DNA of 64,000 bases from Octopus sinensis (Eukaryota), in NCBI RefSeq assembly GCF_006345805.1, contig NC_043005.1, positions 7,130,001 to 7,194,000 on the forward strand, read 5' to 3'. Position numbers and translations under genes: made by a program. The notes below the pieces were generated by a model that was given only the letters and a program-made list of their open reading frames with translations, was not told the origin of the DNA and made no database searches. Positions 13,538 to 26,640 of the stretch are shown here, piece by piece (the first letter of the stretch is position 1; each line of letters opens with the position of its first letter).

Positions 13538-14280
13538 CTGAGCGATTTAAGAAAGATATTAGACTGATCTAATATTCTGAGACAACAAGAAGCTGTCTAC
13601 ATGTCACTAAAATAAAGGGCTTTACTGTTAGATCAAAGGGAGAGAATTGCAGTTTGAAAGATTTAAAAGCTTTTGATGACTGCCTGAATGAAAAGCAGCA
13701 GTTGTTGATTATACTTGAGCAATAGCTATATAGACTGCTAAAAGATCAATTGAAAGTAGGGGACCTTTACGATTTTAAAGATTATTTCTTTAATTGAAAA
13801 CCCGATTAGAATAAACAAATTGTATTAAATGAAATTATCGTTAGAGAGCAACAGAACATTTAATTACTAGTTGATTAGACAGGCTGTAAAACAAACTTGG
13901 TAGATAAACTTGGATACCTTAATATACAAATTAAATCGATAATAAAACAAGAGCAGCATTAAATATTTTGATTAATTAGTGGAAAGCAAGATATTAGAAA
14001 TAGTTTATAATGCTTGAATGGGTCAAAAACAATATGCCCAAACCCTGTGATTATCATGGAAATAAAATCTCATAGGCTTGTAAGCAAATTTTCGACTATA
14101 AATTTGTAGGAATTGTTAAAAATTGCATAAACTAATCAATTAGAAATACTAAAATATCAGAAACCAATGAGAAAATACATAATGCAGATGCTGCCACATC
14201 CCCACTAAGTCAGCAGTATATTATTATTATTATTATTGTTGTTATTATTATTATTATTATTATATAGCCACAGAGGTGCC

Positions 14281-14405
14281 ACATAGGTGCAGGCATGGTT
14301 GTGTAGTAAGAAGTTTACTTCCCAACTACATGGTTCTGGGTTCAGTCTCTTGGGCAAGTGTCTTCTACTATAGCCTAAGGTTGACTCTGTGTGTGTGTGT
14401 GTGTG

Positions 14406-14455
<50 letters not shown>

Positions 14456-14745
14456 AGGAGTGGACAGCATGCTGTGACCAGTGGTGTCAAATGGACACCC
14501 GATGGACTGGTCAGTCAAGGTGATCAAGGTGATATATATACATCTTTATGTGTGTATTTGTCCACCACCACTTGATAACAACTGTTAGTGTGTTTATGTA
14601 CCCGTAACATAGCAGTTCAGCAAAAGTGACTGATAGAATAAGTATCAAGCTTAAGGAAAAAAAAAAGTACCGAGGTCAATTTGTTTGACTAAAATTCTTC
14701 AAGGTGCTCTCCCAGCATGGCTGCAGTCTAATGACTGAAACAAGA
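14281..14745 (+). mobile_element. Diverged composite SINE (tRNA/CORE-like head, microsatellite, tail module)
   Basis: Similar to 25958-26365 at both ends. Confidence 0.7.
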
Positions 14746-15033
14746 TAATATGTATGTGTATATATATATATTCCTCACCATAAATAACAAGCTGTATCAT
14801 CACCTCCATAAACATTGTATGCTACACTACAAACTAACTTTTACTTGTTTCAGTCACTGGAGTACTGCCTTGAAGGTTTAGAAAAGCAAATTAACTCCAG
14901 TACTTATTTTTTTAACTCTGATACTTATTCTGCTGGCTTCCTGTGGCAAGCTGCTATATTACAGGGATGTTAACAAACCAATACCAGTTATCAAGCTGCA
15001 GCGGGAGACAAACACACACACACACAGACAGAT

Positions 15034-15420
15034 ATAGGTGTGGGAGTGGTTGTGTGGTAAGAAGCTTGCTTCCCAACCACATGGTTCCAGGTTTGGTCCC
15101 ACTGCCTGGCACCTTGGGCAAGTGTCTTCTACTATAGCCTTGGGCCAACCAAAGCCTTGTAAGTGGATTTGGTAGACAGACACTGAAAGTAACCCGTCTC
15201 ATATATATATATATATATATGTATTTGTGTTTGTCCCCTGATCATTGTTTGATAACCGATATTAGTGTATTTACATCCCCATAACTTAGCAGTTCAGCAA
15301 AAGAGACCAATAGAATAAGAACTAGGCTTACAAAGAATAAGACGTGGGGTCGATTTGTTTGACTAAAGACAGTGCTCCAGCATGACCACAGTCAAATGAC
15401 TGAAATAAGTAGAATAAAAG
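15034..15420 (+). mobile_element. Composite SINE copy
   Basis: Head ggtgtgggagtggttgtgtggtaag...cttgggcaagtgtcttc, then (TA)n, then tail ending cagtcaaatgactgaaataagtagaataaaag. Confidence 0.8.
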
Positions 15421-15427
15421 AACACAC

Positions 15428-15600
15428 ACACATGATGAGCTGCCATATAGTTTCCACCAATTAAATTCTCTCACAAGGCATTGGTTGGCTTGGGGCCATA
15501 GTAGAAGACACTTGACCAAGGTATCATGCAGTGGGACTGAACCTAAAAGTATGTGGGTGCAAAGCAAGCTTCTTAACCACACAACCATGCCTGCACCTAT
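15428..15600 (-). mobile_element. SINE head module
   Basis: Reverse complement of the 25958 head. Confidence 0.75.
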
Positions 15601-16525
15601 AAATGAATAAATTACCTTAATACAATTTAATATAGGACATAGATTGTAGGCAGATATAAACATACATTTAGACATTTCATACATGCATAGCAAACAAGCT
15701 ATCTAGCTTTTTCTCTCTCCTTCCATCCCAAAATAAATTCAATATAAATCTAAAAGCAACAATAAATCCTACAAGTTAAACATGGGTGAGGGGACACTCA
15801 AATTCATAAATATAAATACCCACACCCAATGAAGATGGACAATGGAACAAAATTAAAGAATTCCAAGAAGCCTCAACTACCAATTTGTAACTTACTAAGC
15901 GAGTTTACCAAAGCATTACAAAAGAATCATTTTATATATCAAGCTGATATGTAAAAGACATGAAGTACTTAAACAGAAATGTAATTAAGACATTGAAAAA
16001 TATCAAAACAAATAAATAAATACATAAATGAACAATAAGATCAGATTGGAGTCTGGTGCAACCATCTGGTTCGCCAGACCTCAGTCAAATCGTCCAACCC
16101 ATGCTAGCATGGAAAGCTGATGATGATGATGATGATGATGATGAAACAAACATCCTTCAAGAGTTATAGAAACTGGCCAAAATCTTGGTGTCAAGTAGAT
16201 GCAGAGGAACTGTCTCAATGATTAAGACGGTAGCTGTGTGACAAAATCTCTTGACACATCATGGTGTATATAATACTATCAATAAACAAAACAAAAGTGA
16301 ACGTAATGACATATGTGTTGTTTGTTTTACATGACCATCATGATACTTCCACAATGTAATTGTTCCATGATACAATCTGAGATTAACTTACATGCCAAAC
16401 AAGCAAAACTCTAAAATAGACAATCGTTTTGAATTACTATAATGATGCAAAATAATACAACCACCGAAAGGCAGCAAATAGGAATAAAACATAATAGCAA
16501 GTCAAGTAAAATTAGAAATTATAAC

Positions 16526-16568
<43 letters not shown>

Positions 16569-17459
16569 TTTCTCATTTACTTCTGTGTCACTTTCCTCTA
16601 CCACTAATTACTTACATTAAAATATTTCAATTTCTTCCAGACCATCAAAAAAAAAACCTTTTTTTTTTCTTTCTAAGAAGGACCCACTTGGTCTGAAACA
16701 TCTAAATCAACCTCTTCTCACTGGAATATTATAAACCTCCCTTATTTCAAAAAAGGAGTGGGTGGGGCTCACACAAATAGTTACTAGAACCTTGAACACT
16801 CTTTTTTGTTTTTTTACAATCATAACATCCTATTATGTCTACAAAAACAAAAGAAAAAATAAAAGAAAATTTCACCATTTTAACTTTTTAAAAGTTATGT
16901 AAAAGAAGCATTTGTAAATTACATATTTGTGTTGTTTTTCAAACAACATATATTGCTTCAACATTCAATACAAACAATTACATGCATATCCTCACTCTAT
17001 TATCACCAATTTTATGAGTTTTTTTCTCATTTTTTTTTCTTGTTTTGGGAGGTTTTTTTTTTTTTTTTTTAATTATCATATCATAAGAGGTGTTGGATTA
17101 TTCTGCAAACATCATTTTCCACTTGTCCCAGTTTTTTAAAATTCTGTGTTTAGTCTAATTCTGCTGTATTTTTACAGTACGATTTCATCCACCAAGCCTA
17201 AACCAGAGCAGTCTTCTCTCCATATGAGGCTCACCTGCTTCATAATTTACTTGTATTTAGTTCTTGCAATAGTAACGTGTAATAGGATAAAATCCAAACA
17301 AGCTTCAGATCATTCCTTTTTAATCACCATCTATATTCAAGCAATATCACACGTCCACATAACATAATGCTTCTTTTGATTTGTATACTGTTATTTGTAT
17401 GAAAAAGACACCTTTTGTCCCCAACAAGATTTATTTCACCGACACACAAACATATATAT

Positions 17460-17785
17460 ATATATATGTCGGTGGCACGTAAAAAGCACCATCTGAATCG
17501 TGGCCGAAGCCAGTGCCACCTCAACTGGCTTCCGTGCAGGTGGCACGTAAAATGCACCAATCCGACCGTGGCCGATGCCAGCCTCGCCTGGCACCAGTGC
17601 AGGTGGCACATAAAAAGCACCCACTATACTCACGGAGTGGTTGGCATTAGGAAGGGCATCCAGCTGTAGAAACATTGCCAGATAAGACCGGAGCCTGGTG
17701 CAGCCTTCTGGCTTCCCAGATCCCCGGTCGAACCGTCCAACCCATGCTAGCATGGAGAACGGACGTTAAACGATGATGATGATGA
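17460..17785 (+). mobile_element. 5'-truncated RTE LINE 3' end (UTR with tandem units and (GAT)n tail)
   Basis: Same sequence follows RTE ORF ends at 31.8 and 49.0 kb; terminal ccatgctagcatgg palindrome. Confidence 0.85.
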
Positions 17786-17807
17786 TATATATATGGATAT
17801 ATATATG

Positions 17808-17827
<20 letters not shown>

Positions 17828-17839
<12 letters not shown>

Positions 17840-18012
17840 ATATATATACGACGGGTTTCTTTCAGTTTCTGTCTACCAAATCCACTCACAAGGCTTTGGT
17901 CGGCCCAAGGCTATAGTAGAAGACACCTGCCCAAGGTGCCAATGCAGTAGGACTGAACCTGGAACCATGTGGTCCGTAAGCAAGCTACTTACCACACAGA
18001 CACTCTTACGCC
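17828..18012 (-). mobile_element. SINE head module
   Basis: Reverse complement of the 25958 head. Confidence 0.8.
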
Positions 18013-18135
18013 TATTGTTCATATTGCCAGTTAATTTCCCTTGATTTTTTTTAAATATTAAACTTTCATTGGTAAAAACACTGAGTTCCTGTCAAACTCT
18101 TTTTTATGTAGGCCTACCTTCATGTTGATACTGAC

Positions 18136-18285
18136 CTCTGCATTTAATAAGTTGCTTAATTTTGCCAAATTTGTAAATAATCTCATTTGTTCAAGAGTTG
18201 AACTTCTGCAACTTTTTAACAGATTTTGGAAAAAGGATTGAGTTATGAGTACAGAAAAATTCCTCTTTTGCAACTGCCTCTGGTA
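18136..18285 (-). CDS. Open 150-nt exon-like segment, possibly the C-terminal tail of copy A
   Basis: tttag acceptor, gag/gtcagt donor, phase 0/0, YQRQLQKRNFSVLITQSFFQNLLKSCRSSTLEQMRLFTNLAKLSNLLNAE with no stop. Confidence 0.35.
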
Positions 18286-18650
18286 CTAAACTAAAAAAAA
18301 TATACATCAAAAATAGCCACCAATCTGAAATTCTTCATTGAGCCCAGTGTCAGCCTTTATTTTTTTGTTAAATTTTATTCTATTATAGCCAGTTTGTTTC
18401 ACTGATGCAGTAGCAACGTTTGTTAGCTGAGTAATACAAAATATATCTTGGTATCATACATGAAAGTGGATATTGAATTCAGCAGTGATATTTGATGGTT
18501 GGAAACTTATTATATTATAAAGTTCTTTACATGAATTATCTTTGTTCATTTTTGCTTTATGTTAGAATCATCAACACCTTTTTTGATACAAGAAGAATGG
18601 TGAAACGTATACTTAAGTGGCTGTTAGATTTGGGGATATAAATATCTCGA

Positions 18651-18846
18651 CTGGCCCCCGTGCAGGTGGCACGTAAAAAGCACCCACTACACTCTCGGAG
18701 TGGTTGGCGTTAGGAAGGGCATCCAGCTGTAGAAACTCTGCCAGATCAAGACTGGAGCCTGGTGCAGCCATCTGGTTGCCAGCCCTCAGTCAAAATCGTC
18801 CAACCCATGCTAGCATGGAAAACGGACGTTAAATGATGATGATGAT
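18651..18846 (+). mobile_element. RTE 3' end copy
   Basis: Family consensus with (GAT)n tail. Confidence 0.85.
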
Positions 18847-18999
18847 GAATATAACAAAAAAATGACAGTCAAATTTTTTTTGTTCTACTTCATAGGAAAG
18901 TGTACAGAAATGCAGATAGAGTTCACAAAGTAAAATAGAGATTGAGGGTATTTAAAAATAGAAGCATGATGAAATACATGCAGTGGTTCTACTGGTTGC

Positions 19000-19290
19000 C
19001 TTTTCAATGTACCCTTCGTACAACATGAATTGTTTTTCTCTAATGTCATTCTATAATCATTGAAGTAATAATCATAAGCAACCAAGATAAGGAACATATA
19101 CATAAAGCACACACATCGTTCATATTGTGAAAAGAGATACTAAGGATGATAGGAGGATATAACCCTGAAAGTCACTATAATGTACTCGCAAAAAAACGCT
19201 TACAGTAACAGCAAAGAAAATAAGAAAAAGAATAAAGTATAGTAATTCATATTTTAAATATGAATTTGATATTAGCTTCTTTTGGATATG
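19000..19290 (-). pseudogene. Copy A, channel S5-pore-S6
   Basis: KYELLYFILFLIFFAVTVSVFLRVHYSDFQGYILLSSLVSLFTI resembles PKD2 AKDLFGFAIMFFIIF...DDFSTFQECIFTQFRI; after a frameshift FMYMFLILVAYDYYFNDY is S6-like. Confidence 0.55.
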
Positions 19291-19384
19291 AATATATGAT
19301 GGTTTAATATATAGCAACAGAACTCTCCCAGATATATGAGGCATATTTTCAATGTTTAGAGCACTTGAGCCTTGGATCAGCAAC

Positions 19385-19505
19385 TAATTAGGGCTGAATT
19401 TTTTTCTGGCACCAAAGAAATTTTCTTTTGGCACTATGTGATCACTAAAACAGATTTTAAGAAATTGTGAAGTCTGGCATTAGTAGCAACTTTGGAAATA
19501 TTTAA
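19385..19505 (-). pseudogene. Copy A, channel S4
   Basis: NISKVATNARLHNFLKSVLVIT*CQKKISLV aligns without gaps to PKD2 [31 protein letters not shown]. Confidence 0.55.
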
Positions 19506-19542
19506 CTGTATGTTGTTCTTCCATAGAGAGTGTGTAATACTT

Positions 19543-19587
<45 letters not shown>

Positions 19588-19674
19588 AATTGATATAGGA
19601 TAAAAATTTTTTCGGGAAAAAAATTTTATCAATGGCCAGCATATCAAAAAATGCCTTTAAAGGTAAAATTTATA

Positions 19675-19831
19675 CATAATTTACAAGATAAGGGCAGAAG
19701 AAAAATTCTAACGCCGAAACAAAAAGTTGTCGATAACCATTAAATTAAAATTTAATGCTTATCAACAATTTTTTGTTTCGGCGTATCTGGCATTAGAATT
19801 TTTCTTCTGCCCTTATCTTGTAAATTATATA
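19675..19831. repeat. Fold-back hairpin (~72-bp arms, 2-nt loop) between (TA)n tracts
   Basis: Arms are reverse complements apart from a 9-nt indel and about 4 mismatches. Confidence 0.9.
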
Positions 19832-19871
19832 TATATATATAGTGGCTATATCATGGGGCTCTTCGTGTAGA

Positions 19872-20090
19872 CTAGGTTGTCAAGAATATTTCTAAGGTGT
19901 CTCTATTCATGAAGGTATTGTATATCTGTATTACCAGGTGGATGATTAAGGAGGAATGATGGGTAGCATAAAAGCATGTTCTGATAAACGTAAAAGGAAG
20001 TAGATTATTATTAAAGCTTAGGGTACCCACAGTTGATAGGTGCTGATACTTAACTATTTTTACAAATATATAATATAGGAGAGTACACAT
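19872..20090 (-). pseudogene. Copy A, channel S2-S3
   Basis: LLYYIFVKIVKYQ...LSFNNNLL resembles FIFYYVVEEILEI...RSFWNCLD; IHLVIQIYNT resembles AIGINIYRT. Confidence 0.5.
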
Positions 20091-20527
20091 TGCTCACCTT
20101 TAATATATATCATTATATTAGCATCCATAGTAACTTCATGAAAATATATAGTTTTTATTCAGTCTTATTCTAGGACTGAAAAATGATATACAGACACATA
20201 AAAGGGAACCAATATGTACAGTACCTAAAATTGTTAATATCTTGATACAGTTTATATTCTTGATGAATATCCTTAGCATTTAAGCAATTTCACATCGTGA
20301 CCTTTCAACACTATTCCATAGAATATCCAAGTTGTTATTCATATATCTTGCTTGAATTATAATTTATTTCAGACGTTTCGATAATGTCATACTGTTTAGT
20401 CTCTTTTTTAATTCTAATTTAACCCCTGTCCCAATATTAGATGTAATTAAAATACACTTGTTTTGAAATAAAAAAAGGAACAAAAATTTCACTTCATATC
20501 AACATTTCATATGGATTGACTTATCCT

Positions 20528-20851
20528 TCATTCATTTTTTCTTTGATAACTTTTACTAACTTTTATTGTTCTTTTGTTAAAGATTGCTCTAAAATTAAGT
20601 AGTAATTTTATCATTTTACAAAACAATGAAATATTATGTACTATATTCCGATTATAAGATAAAGATACAAAATATTGCAGTAGTTGTAATCTTTGTAGTC
20701 TAAATTGTAAATTTTCAGTATTCTTTATAGAAGTAACAGTGACAAACACAGCTTGACTATATTTATAAAATATAAATAAAATTATGAATACAATATGAAC
20801 TACAAATTTATACCAGAACTTGGATACATTATTTATGTATAGAAAAAGCAT
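20528..20851 (-). pseudogene. Copy A, TOP domain C-part
   Basis: SQAVFVTVTSIKNTENLQF resembles TRAVFVEFTxYNxNVNLF; YKFVVHI resembles GGYVVDL. Confidence 0.6.
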
Positions 20852-21074
20852 ACATATCCTTTTGAAAAAGAATAATTTTAAAAGTTACATAAAAATGAGG
20901 ATTTCTTTTTCTACACTTTAAATGAATATACTTATTAATTGAAGTCTCTTTTATGTAAATGCATATGTTTTAGAGTTTATTTAAAATTACAGCACTATCT
21001 TTCATTCTTAAAAATACATTTGTAAATTTTCTCGGTGTTGCAACATAAGCTTTTCAGGTATAGTTACATTTACC

Positions 21075-21400
21075 TTTAATTAGCCTTCAGATGTTTATGA
21101 CTTTCAGTTTACAAATTCTTTCCTGCAATATAATTATTACTGATCGGATTCATTTCTTTAAAAAATATTCCAACATTCTACCTACCGAACCAATGAGAAA
21201 TTTTTATTTGATAAAAGCAAAGTGTTTACAATCCAGTAACTTAACAAACAAATCCCTCAAAATATTCCAAATTAATAATGTATTTAATAATGTATTTTGT
21301 AAATTGTTGAGAAATATGATTCAAAATATTTCAGCAATTGTATGTATCTGTTTATGTGTGCAACTACATAAATATTTGCTATCCTTTAAATGCACTTAAA
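21075..21400 (-). pseudogene. Copy A, TM6 and TOP N-part
   Basis: KQIHTIAEIF*IIFL (TM6-like) ... KFLIGSVGRM (LxGxxR motif); donor aag/gtaaat at ~21075. Confidence 0.45.
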
Positions 21401-22569
21401 CAATGTAAAAATAATTCAGTATTATAAAATAATTATAATTAAAACAAAAACAAAACAAAAACAAAGAATAAGCAGAAAACCTTTTTTAATGAATCAAATA
21501 GAATGTATTAATCCAAAAGATTACTAAGAGGAATTTAAACTAACAGCAACTCATTTTCACTAATTGACAAAAGATGAATCCCATTATTTCAACTACTTGT
21601 AAGATGCTTCGACAAATGTAAAATAAAACTTTGCTTTCAAATAATTGTATCGAAAAAGAAAATAAATGAATTCCTTGTCTAAATGCTTTCATACTGAAAT
21701 GGATGTATCAAACCAGGAGAAAATAGATAAGAGAATCAACAGCAAGAAGAGACGGAAACAAATGCATTAATAGTTATGCATCTTTGTAAAAGACAAAAAT
21801 ATTTTTTATTGTTTAAATTTTTACATTTTGATTCAGCAGATTTTATTTGAAGTTAAAAATAAAAATAAAACAGTAAGAATTTAAGCATTGCAAAAGAATA
21901 TAATTCTACAAAAACAAATTAAAAAACAAATTCAAAAGAAGCCAAAATGTCTTATCTGTAAAGATAGACTTATGTTCTTAATTCATAAAATGGTAATCTT
22001 TGCAGCTCATATTTAATACTAAAATGGAAAGAATGAGTGTTTAGATGGTTATTAGACCAAAAAGCTTATTGATAAAATAACTTAAATTCCTGTAAATAGA
22101 TAACTCCAAATGTTTCTAAAATATTTGACATCAATTTTGGTTATATTTGCAACATTAAAATAGTTATTTGAATCAAATTGCCATTTTCCAAAAGTTAATA
22201 TTTCAAAATAAATTATTTTAAATCTTATAAAATTTTACAATTAGATTTTTTTTTAAATGAAAATTTGTACAAAAATCATGAGACGTTTAAAATAAATGTT
22301 ATATTTCAGTCTATTTCAAATATTTATTACTTCAGAAAATAATGGGAAATAATGATGAGTTCGGAAAACCAGTAATTAATAGAAAACACGTTACAGTCAC
22401 AGAGTTTACTTATTAAATTACAAAATCAAAGTGGAATTTATTGAAAAAGCTTTCATAAATTTAACATATTAAGAAATATTAAAATTAAAGTAGAAATGTA
22501 TTCTAACTCCTCAAGAATGCTTTTAATAAAGATTAAATTAATAAACAATTAAAAAAGTAATTTTAAAAC

Positions 22570-22770
22570 AAGAAAAAATTTCGAATTACTTAAAATTCTG
22601 ATATTATTTCAAAACTTAGAATGATTTACTGAAGCAATGACCATAACCATTTTTTACTATCAGGAGAAAAAAACTCAAAATTAAAGTTAAATGACAAGTG
22701 ACGATGGTGTAACCTTGTTCCCATCAAATGCAAAACATCTATTATTTACTTGGCAAAAACTAAATACTAG
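22570..22770 (-). pseudogene. Copy A, TM4-TM5
   Basis: LPSK**MFCI*W...LILSFFSPDSKKWLWSLLQ*IILSFEIISEF*VI resembles LPWW...W...FGxxKSxxWLxS...SFxxxEPLKV. Confidence 0.62.
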
Positions 22771-22872
22771 CTGACTCCATCACTATAAATTTGAATATTT
22801 ATAAAAATAACTAAATCAAATTGTGATGTTAAACATTAAACACTATAACAGTAAAGTATTTTGAGCAATTAA

Positions 22873-23097
22873 CCCTTCTGATGATAACAAAGTGCATGAG
22901 AGTTCCCTTGGTTCTATGATACAAACTTCTTGTTTTTAAAGTGATCTCTATTAAAACTTACCATAAAAAGTTCCTGTTAATTTATATTCCAAGCACCAGC
23001 TTAATAACAATAAAATCGTTTGGCTAAACTCTTCATTATTTTAAAATTAATTGAAACAAGAGTAGTATATTTCAACAGAAATATGGTAACAAAAGGG
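22873..23097. mobile_element. piggyBac-type MITE (diverged)
   Basis: TTAA|cccttctg left end; ggtaacaaaaggg|ttat right end. Confidence 0.65.
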
Positions 23098-24572
23098 TTA
23101 TATAATTAATACAAAGTACATTTCAAAGCATGTTAAAATGAACCTTTATATCAGGATATATATAAAAAAATCATAATTCTAATAGTTGGCTGAATTTAGA
23201 TGAGTTGTTTATGACATATATGGAAGGTGGTCATCAAGCGAAGATGATATTTGTTGTCTTTTCTCACTTTCTCTGTTTCAAAAGCATGTTTCTTGATCTG
23301 GTTATTAGTGTATCTGGGAGAGAATCTTTTCTGCATTTTTCACATAGGGGTTGTGAGTTGATATGGATTGATATGATTCTGTATTTATTACAAGTGACAT
23401 TAGTGAAGTGAAACTTAAAAACAAAAATGAGGTTGTGAATTGCCATCAGTTCCATTATAACCACAATCAACATTTTTTTTCTTTTAAATTACCACTGGAT
23501 GCCTTTAATTCTCAATCATCAAAATCAGTCCTATTTCTAAGAATCAAATTATGGATCATCATATATATTGAAAAATTTAAGAACAATCTCCAACTATTTA
23601 AGTTAAAAGAACACATCAGTACATACAAATCTGTAAAATCCTTTGAATGAGTAGGAAAAGACAGAGCCCCCATGTCCATATACAAAAATTATAATTAAAA
23701 AAAAGAGACAGAAACACTTAAAAAGTTTATATTGAATAAAGAAAAGATATGATTTATTGCTTAAATAAAGCTAAAAATACTTGTAAAACAATTAGACCCA
23801 AGTTTTATGAAAAGACATATCATAAACAGAAAGGCATGGTTGTGTGATTAAAAAGTTAAGATTAGACTCAAATGCACATGGTTGCGAAGTTCACAATCAT
23901 AAGATTAGAAAAGGCAATGACATTGGAAAGGGCATCCAGTCATAAAAACCATGCTAAAGGAGACATTGGAGCTGATCAGTCTTCTGAATCATCAGATCCT
24001 GTTGAACTGCCCAACCTATGCCAGCATGAAAGACAGGCATTAAATAATGAGGATGATAATGATGTACATGTGCATATGTGTGAAAGTGTGTTCATATCTC
24101 GTTGTCTGGATATGCTAATTGTAAATGACTGCCACAGTTATGCAGGTGCTGTCCTTCACTTACAATTTTGTGGACTCATGTCTGGCTATTGTGCTATTCA
24201 TGCCCAAAGGACTAGGGGGATATATTACCTTAACTGAAAAAGGTTAGGGTTGGTTACAGGGAGAATATCTGGATGGAAAAAAAAACTCAGATCTCATATA
24301 AATTTCATCTGACTAATCAAAGCATGAAAAAGTGGATGTTAAAATGATGGTGATTATGATGGTTATAAATGTGTGTGTGTGTGTGTGTGGTATGTGTATA
24401 AATCTGTCATATGCAACAGAAGCAGTATTAGAGTAAAATAGTCATCTGTGTATCATACCTCATGTAAATACATCACAAAAAGGACTATTTTCATTTGCTA
24501 CCAGCATTTATGTTTTTAAACAATGCATGTCTATAGATGAATACCACAGTAAATTCATTACAAAATTGTAAA

Positions 24573-25091
24573 TCTATATATATATAAAACTGTAGTTGTG
24601 TGAGTGTCTGTCTCCTACGATTTAGATTCCTAACTCCTCCCACATTTTGCGGTGCAGTTTAACCAAATTCGGGTATCTTATAGTCGTGATTAATATCAAG
24701 CCCGTCTGGCTATTAGCGCGCGTCTACGATGAGTCTAGGATTTTTAAAATAATTTAACATCATTTTTTATTCCATTTTAATGCATAATTTTTCGTGTGTT
24801 GATGGCGGCGGAGTTGGCGTCCACGCTCAAACACCTGCACCTGTGTTTGCTTCTCCCCCTTCTTCCCTCCTTCGTGAAGCTGTGGGGAAGGGAGTGTAAG
24901 GAAATCAACGTCGTAATGCGTTGTCAAGGAGACCAGCGTTCTTTTAGAACAACGACTTCATGGCTTGAAGACACCAAAACAGAAATGGCTAAGAAAGCCT
25001 GAATTGGCATCTATAAAGGAAGTAACTCTCTAAAAATGCTTATATAGTTATTTCCCTTACAAACCCGAGCAACGCCGGGCGATACTGCTAG
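24573..25091 (+). mobile_element. Non-autonomous Helitron
   Basis: A|TC 5' end, subterminal hairpin cccgagcaacgccggg, 3' CTAG|T; related copy at 43743-44140. Confidence 0.85.
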
Positions 25092-25559
25092 TTAATGATA
25101 AAACACTATATTAAATGAAATTAAATTCTTATAACAAATTCAGTCAAGGAACTAGAAAAACCAAAGAAGTTTTATTTAATATACACACAGAACATCCTTT
25201 CTGAGAGGCCAATTAAATATCCTTTTATTCTTTTACACATTTCATTTAACTGTGGCCATGCTGGAGCACCACCTTTACTCAAAGAAATCAATCCCAGGAC
25301 TTGTTTCCTGGGATTGATTTCTAGGTTTTGGGGACATAAACACACTAACATTGGTTGTCAAGCGATGGTGAGGGTACAAACACAAACACAAAGACAATAC
25401 ATTCCAAAGCAAAAACTGTAACCACATATATATACATACATACATATGTATGTACATGTTAAAACTACAGAAAGATCTGAACACAATACAAGTGGGCTGA
25501 AGAAATCAATATGCTGTTCAATGCTGACAAGTTTCAAGCACCCCAATATGAACTCATGA

Positions 25560-26640
25560 ACAGATTGCATTCAGAATACTCAGGGCTAGAAAGTATAGCA
25601 ATCCCAGAGTCAGGGTAGCTACATGACCTAGAAAACCACATCATTCTATTCACATATTACTAAGATAGCAACAATGCACAGGAGATTGACAAGTCAGATT
25701 CTGAGATCATTCAGAACATGGATAGGGAAACCATATTGATCCAACAGAGAACATTCATGCTCAGCTGCCTAAATTACAGGTCGCAGTTATGACCCCGATA
25801 AAGCATCACACTAACAGCTGAACTTGAGGCACTCCAGATCCATTACAGCAAGAAAATCACCACAGTGCAACAGATGGATTACAGGGAGAGGCTAAAAGAG
25901 CTGAGGCTCTATTCTCTGAAGAGAATATATAAAAGATATGTAGTAATACATATATATAGGCACAGGAGTGGCGGTGTGGTAAGTAGCTTGCTAACCAACC
26001 ACATGGTTCCGGGTTCAGTCCCACTGCGTGGCATCTTGGGCAAGTGTCTTCTGCTATAGCCCTGGGCCGACCAATGCCTTGTGAGTGGATTTGGTAGACG
26101 GAAACTGAAAGAAGCCTGTTGTATATATGTATATATATATATAAGTGTGTGTGTATATGTTTGTGTGTCTGTGTTTGTCCCCCTAGCATTGCTTGACAAC
26201 CGATGCTGGTGTGTTTAGGTCCCCATCACTTAGCGGTTCGGCAAAAAGAGACCGATAGAATAAGTACTGGGCTTACAAAGAATAAGTCCCGAGGTCGATT
26301 TGCTCGACTAAAGGCGGTGCTCCAGCATGGCCGCAGTCAAATGACTGAAACAAGTAAAAGGATAATAAAAAAAAAAGAATATATATGGAAGATCCTGGAA
26401 AGTCTATCATCCAGCTTGAAAGTTATACCAATCACCGGCCACTACTGCATTGTACCAAAGATCCCACTGTCTCTGCCCAGAGTAAGAATTAAATATTGTA
26501 ACAATTAAGGATCCAAAAGCCAGCTACTTTTAAACTTCTTGCTGAAAGGCTTAAGAGATCTACAAACTGTGGATGTGCTCAATGAGCAGTTAAACCAATT
26601 TTTACCTGTTCAAGCCATAGAAACCATGCTAAAGCTCATA
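25560..26640 (+). mobile_element. Decayed CR1-group LINE 3' ORF, split by a SINE
   Basis: DYRERLKELRLYSLKRIYKRYVVIHI / YIWKILES...LRDLQTVDV; homologous to 36030-36400. Confidence 0.7.
25958..26365 (+). mobile_element. Full composite tRNA-derived SINE (CORE-like head, TA/TG spacer, LINE-derived tail)
   Basis: A/B-box-like head, gcatcttgggcaagtgtcttc CORE-like motif, near-identical to 62192-62592. Family name (OK/OR types are described in octopus) needs a database check. Confidence 0.88.

Noticed and set aside
18330-18650. Second S6-like motif (KIYFVLLS*...NKLAIIE), or an inverted S5-S6 on the plus strand
   Set aside because: S4-S6 are already better placed at 19.0-19.5 kb; AT-rich translation easily mimics hydrophobic helices.
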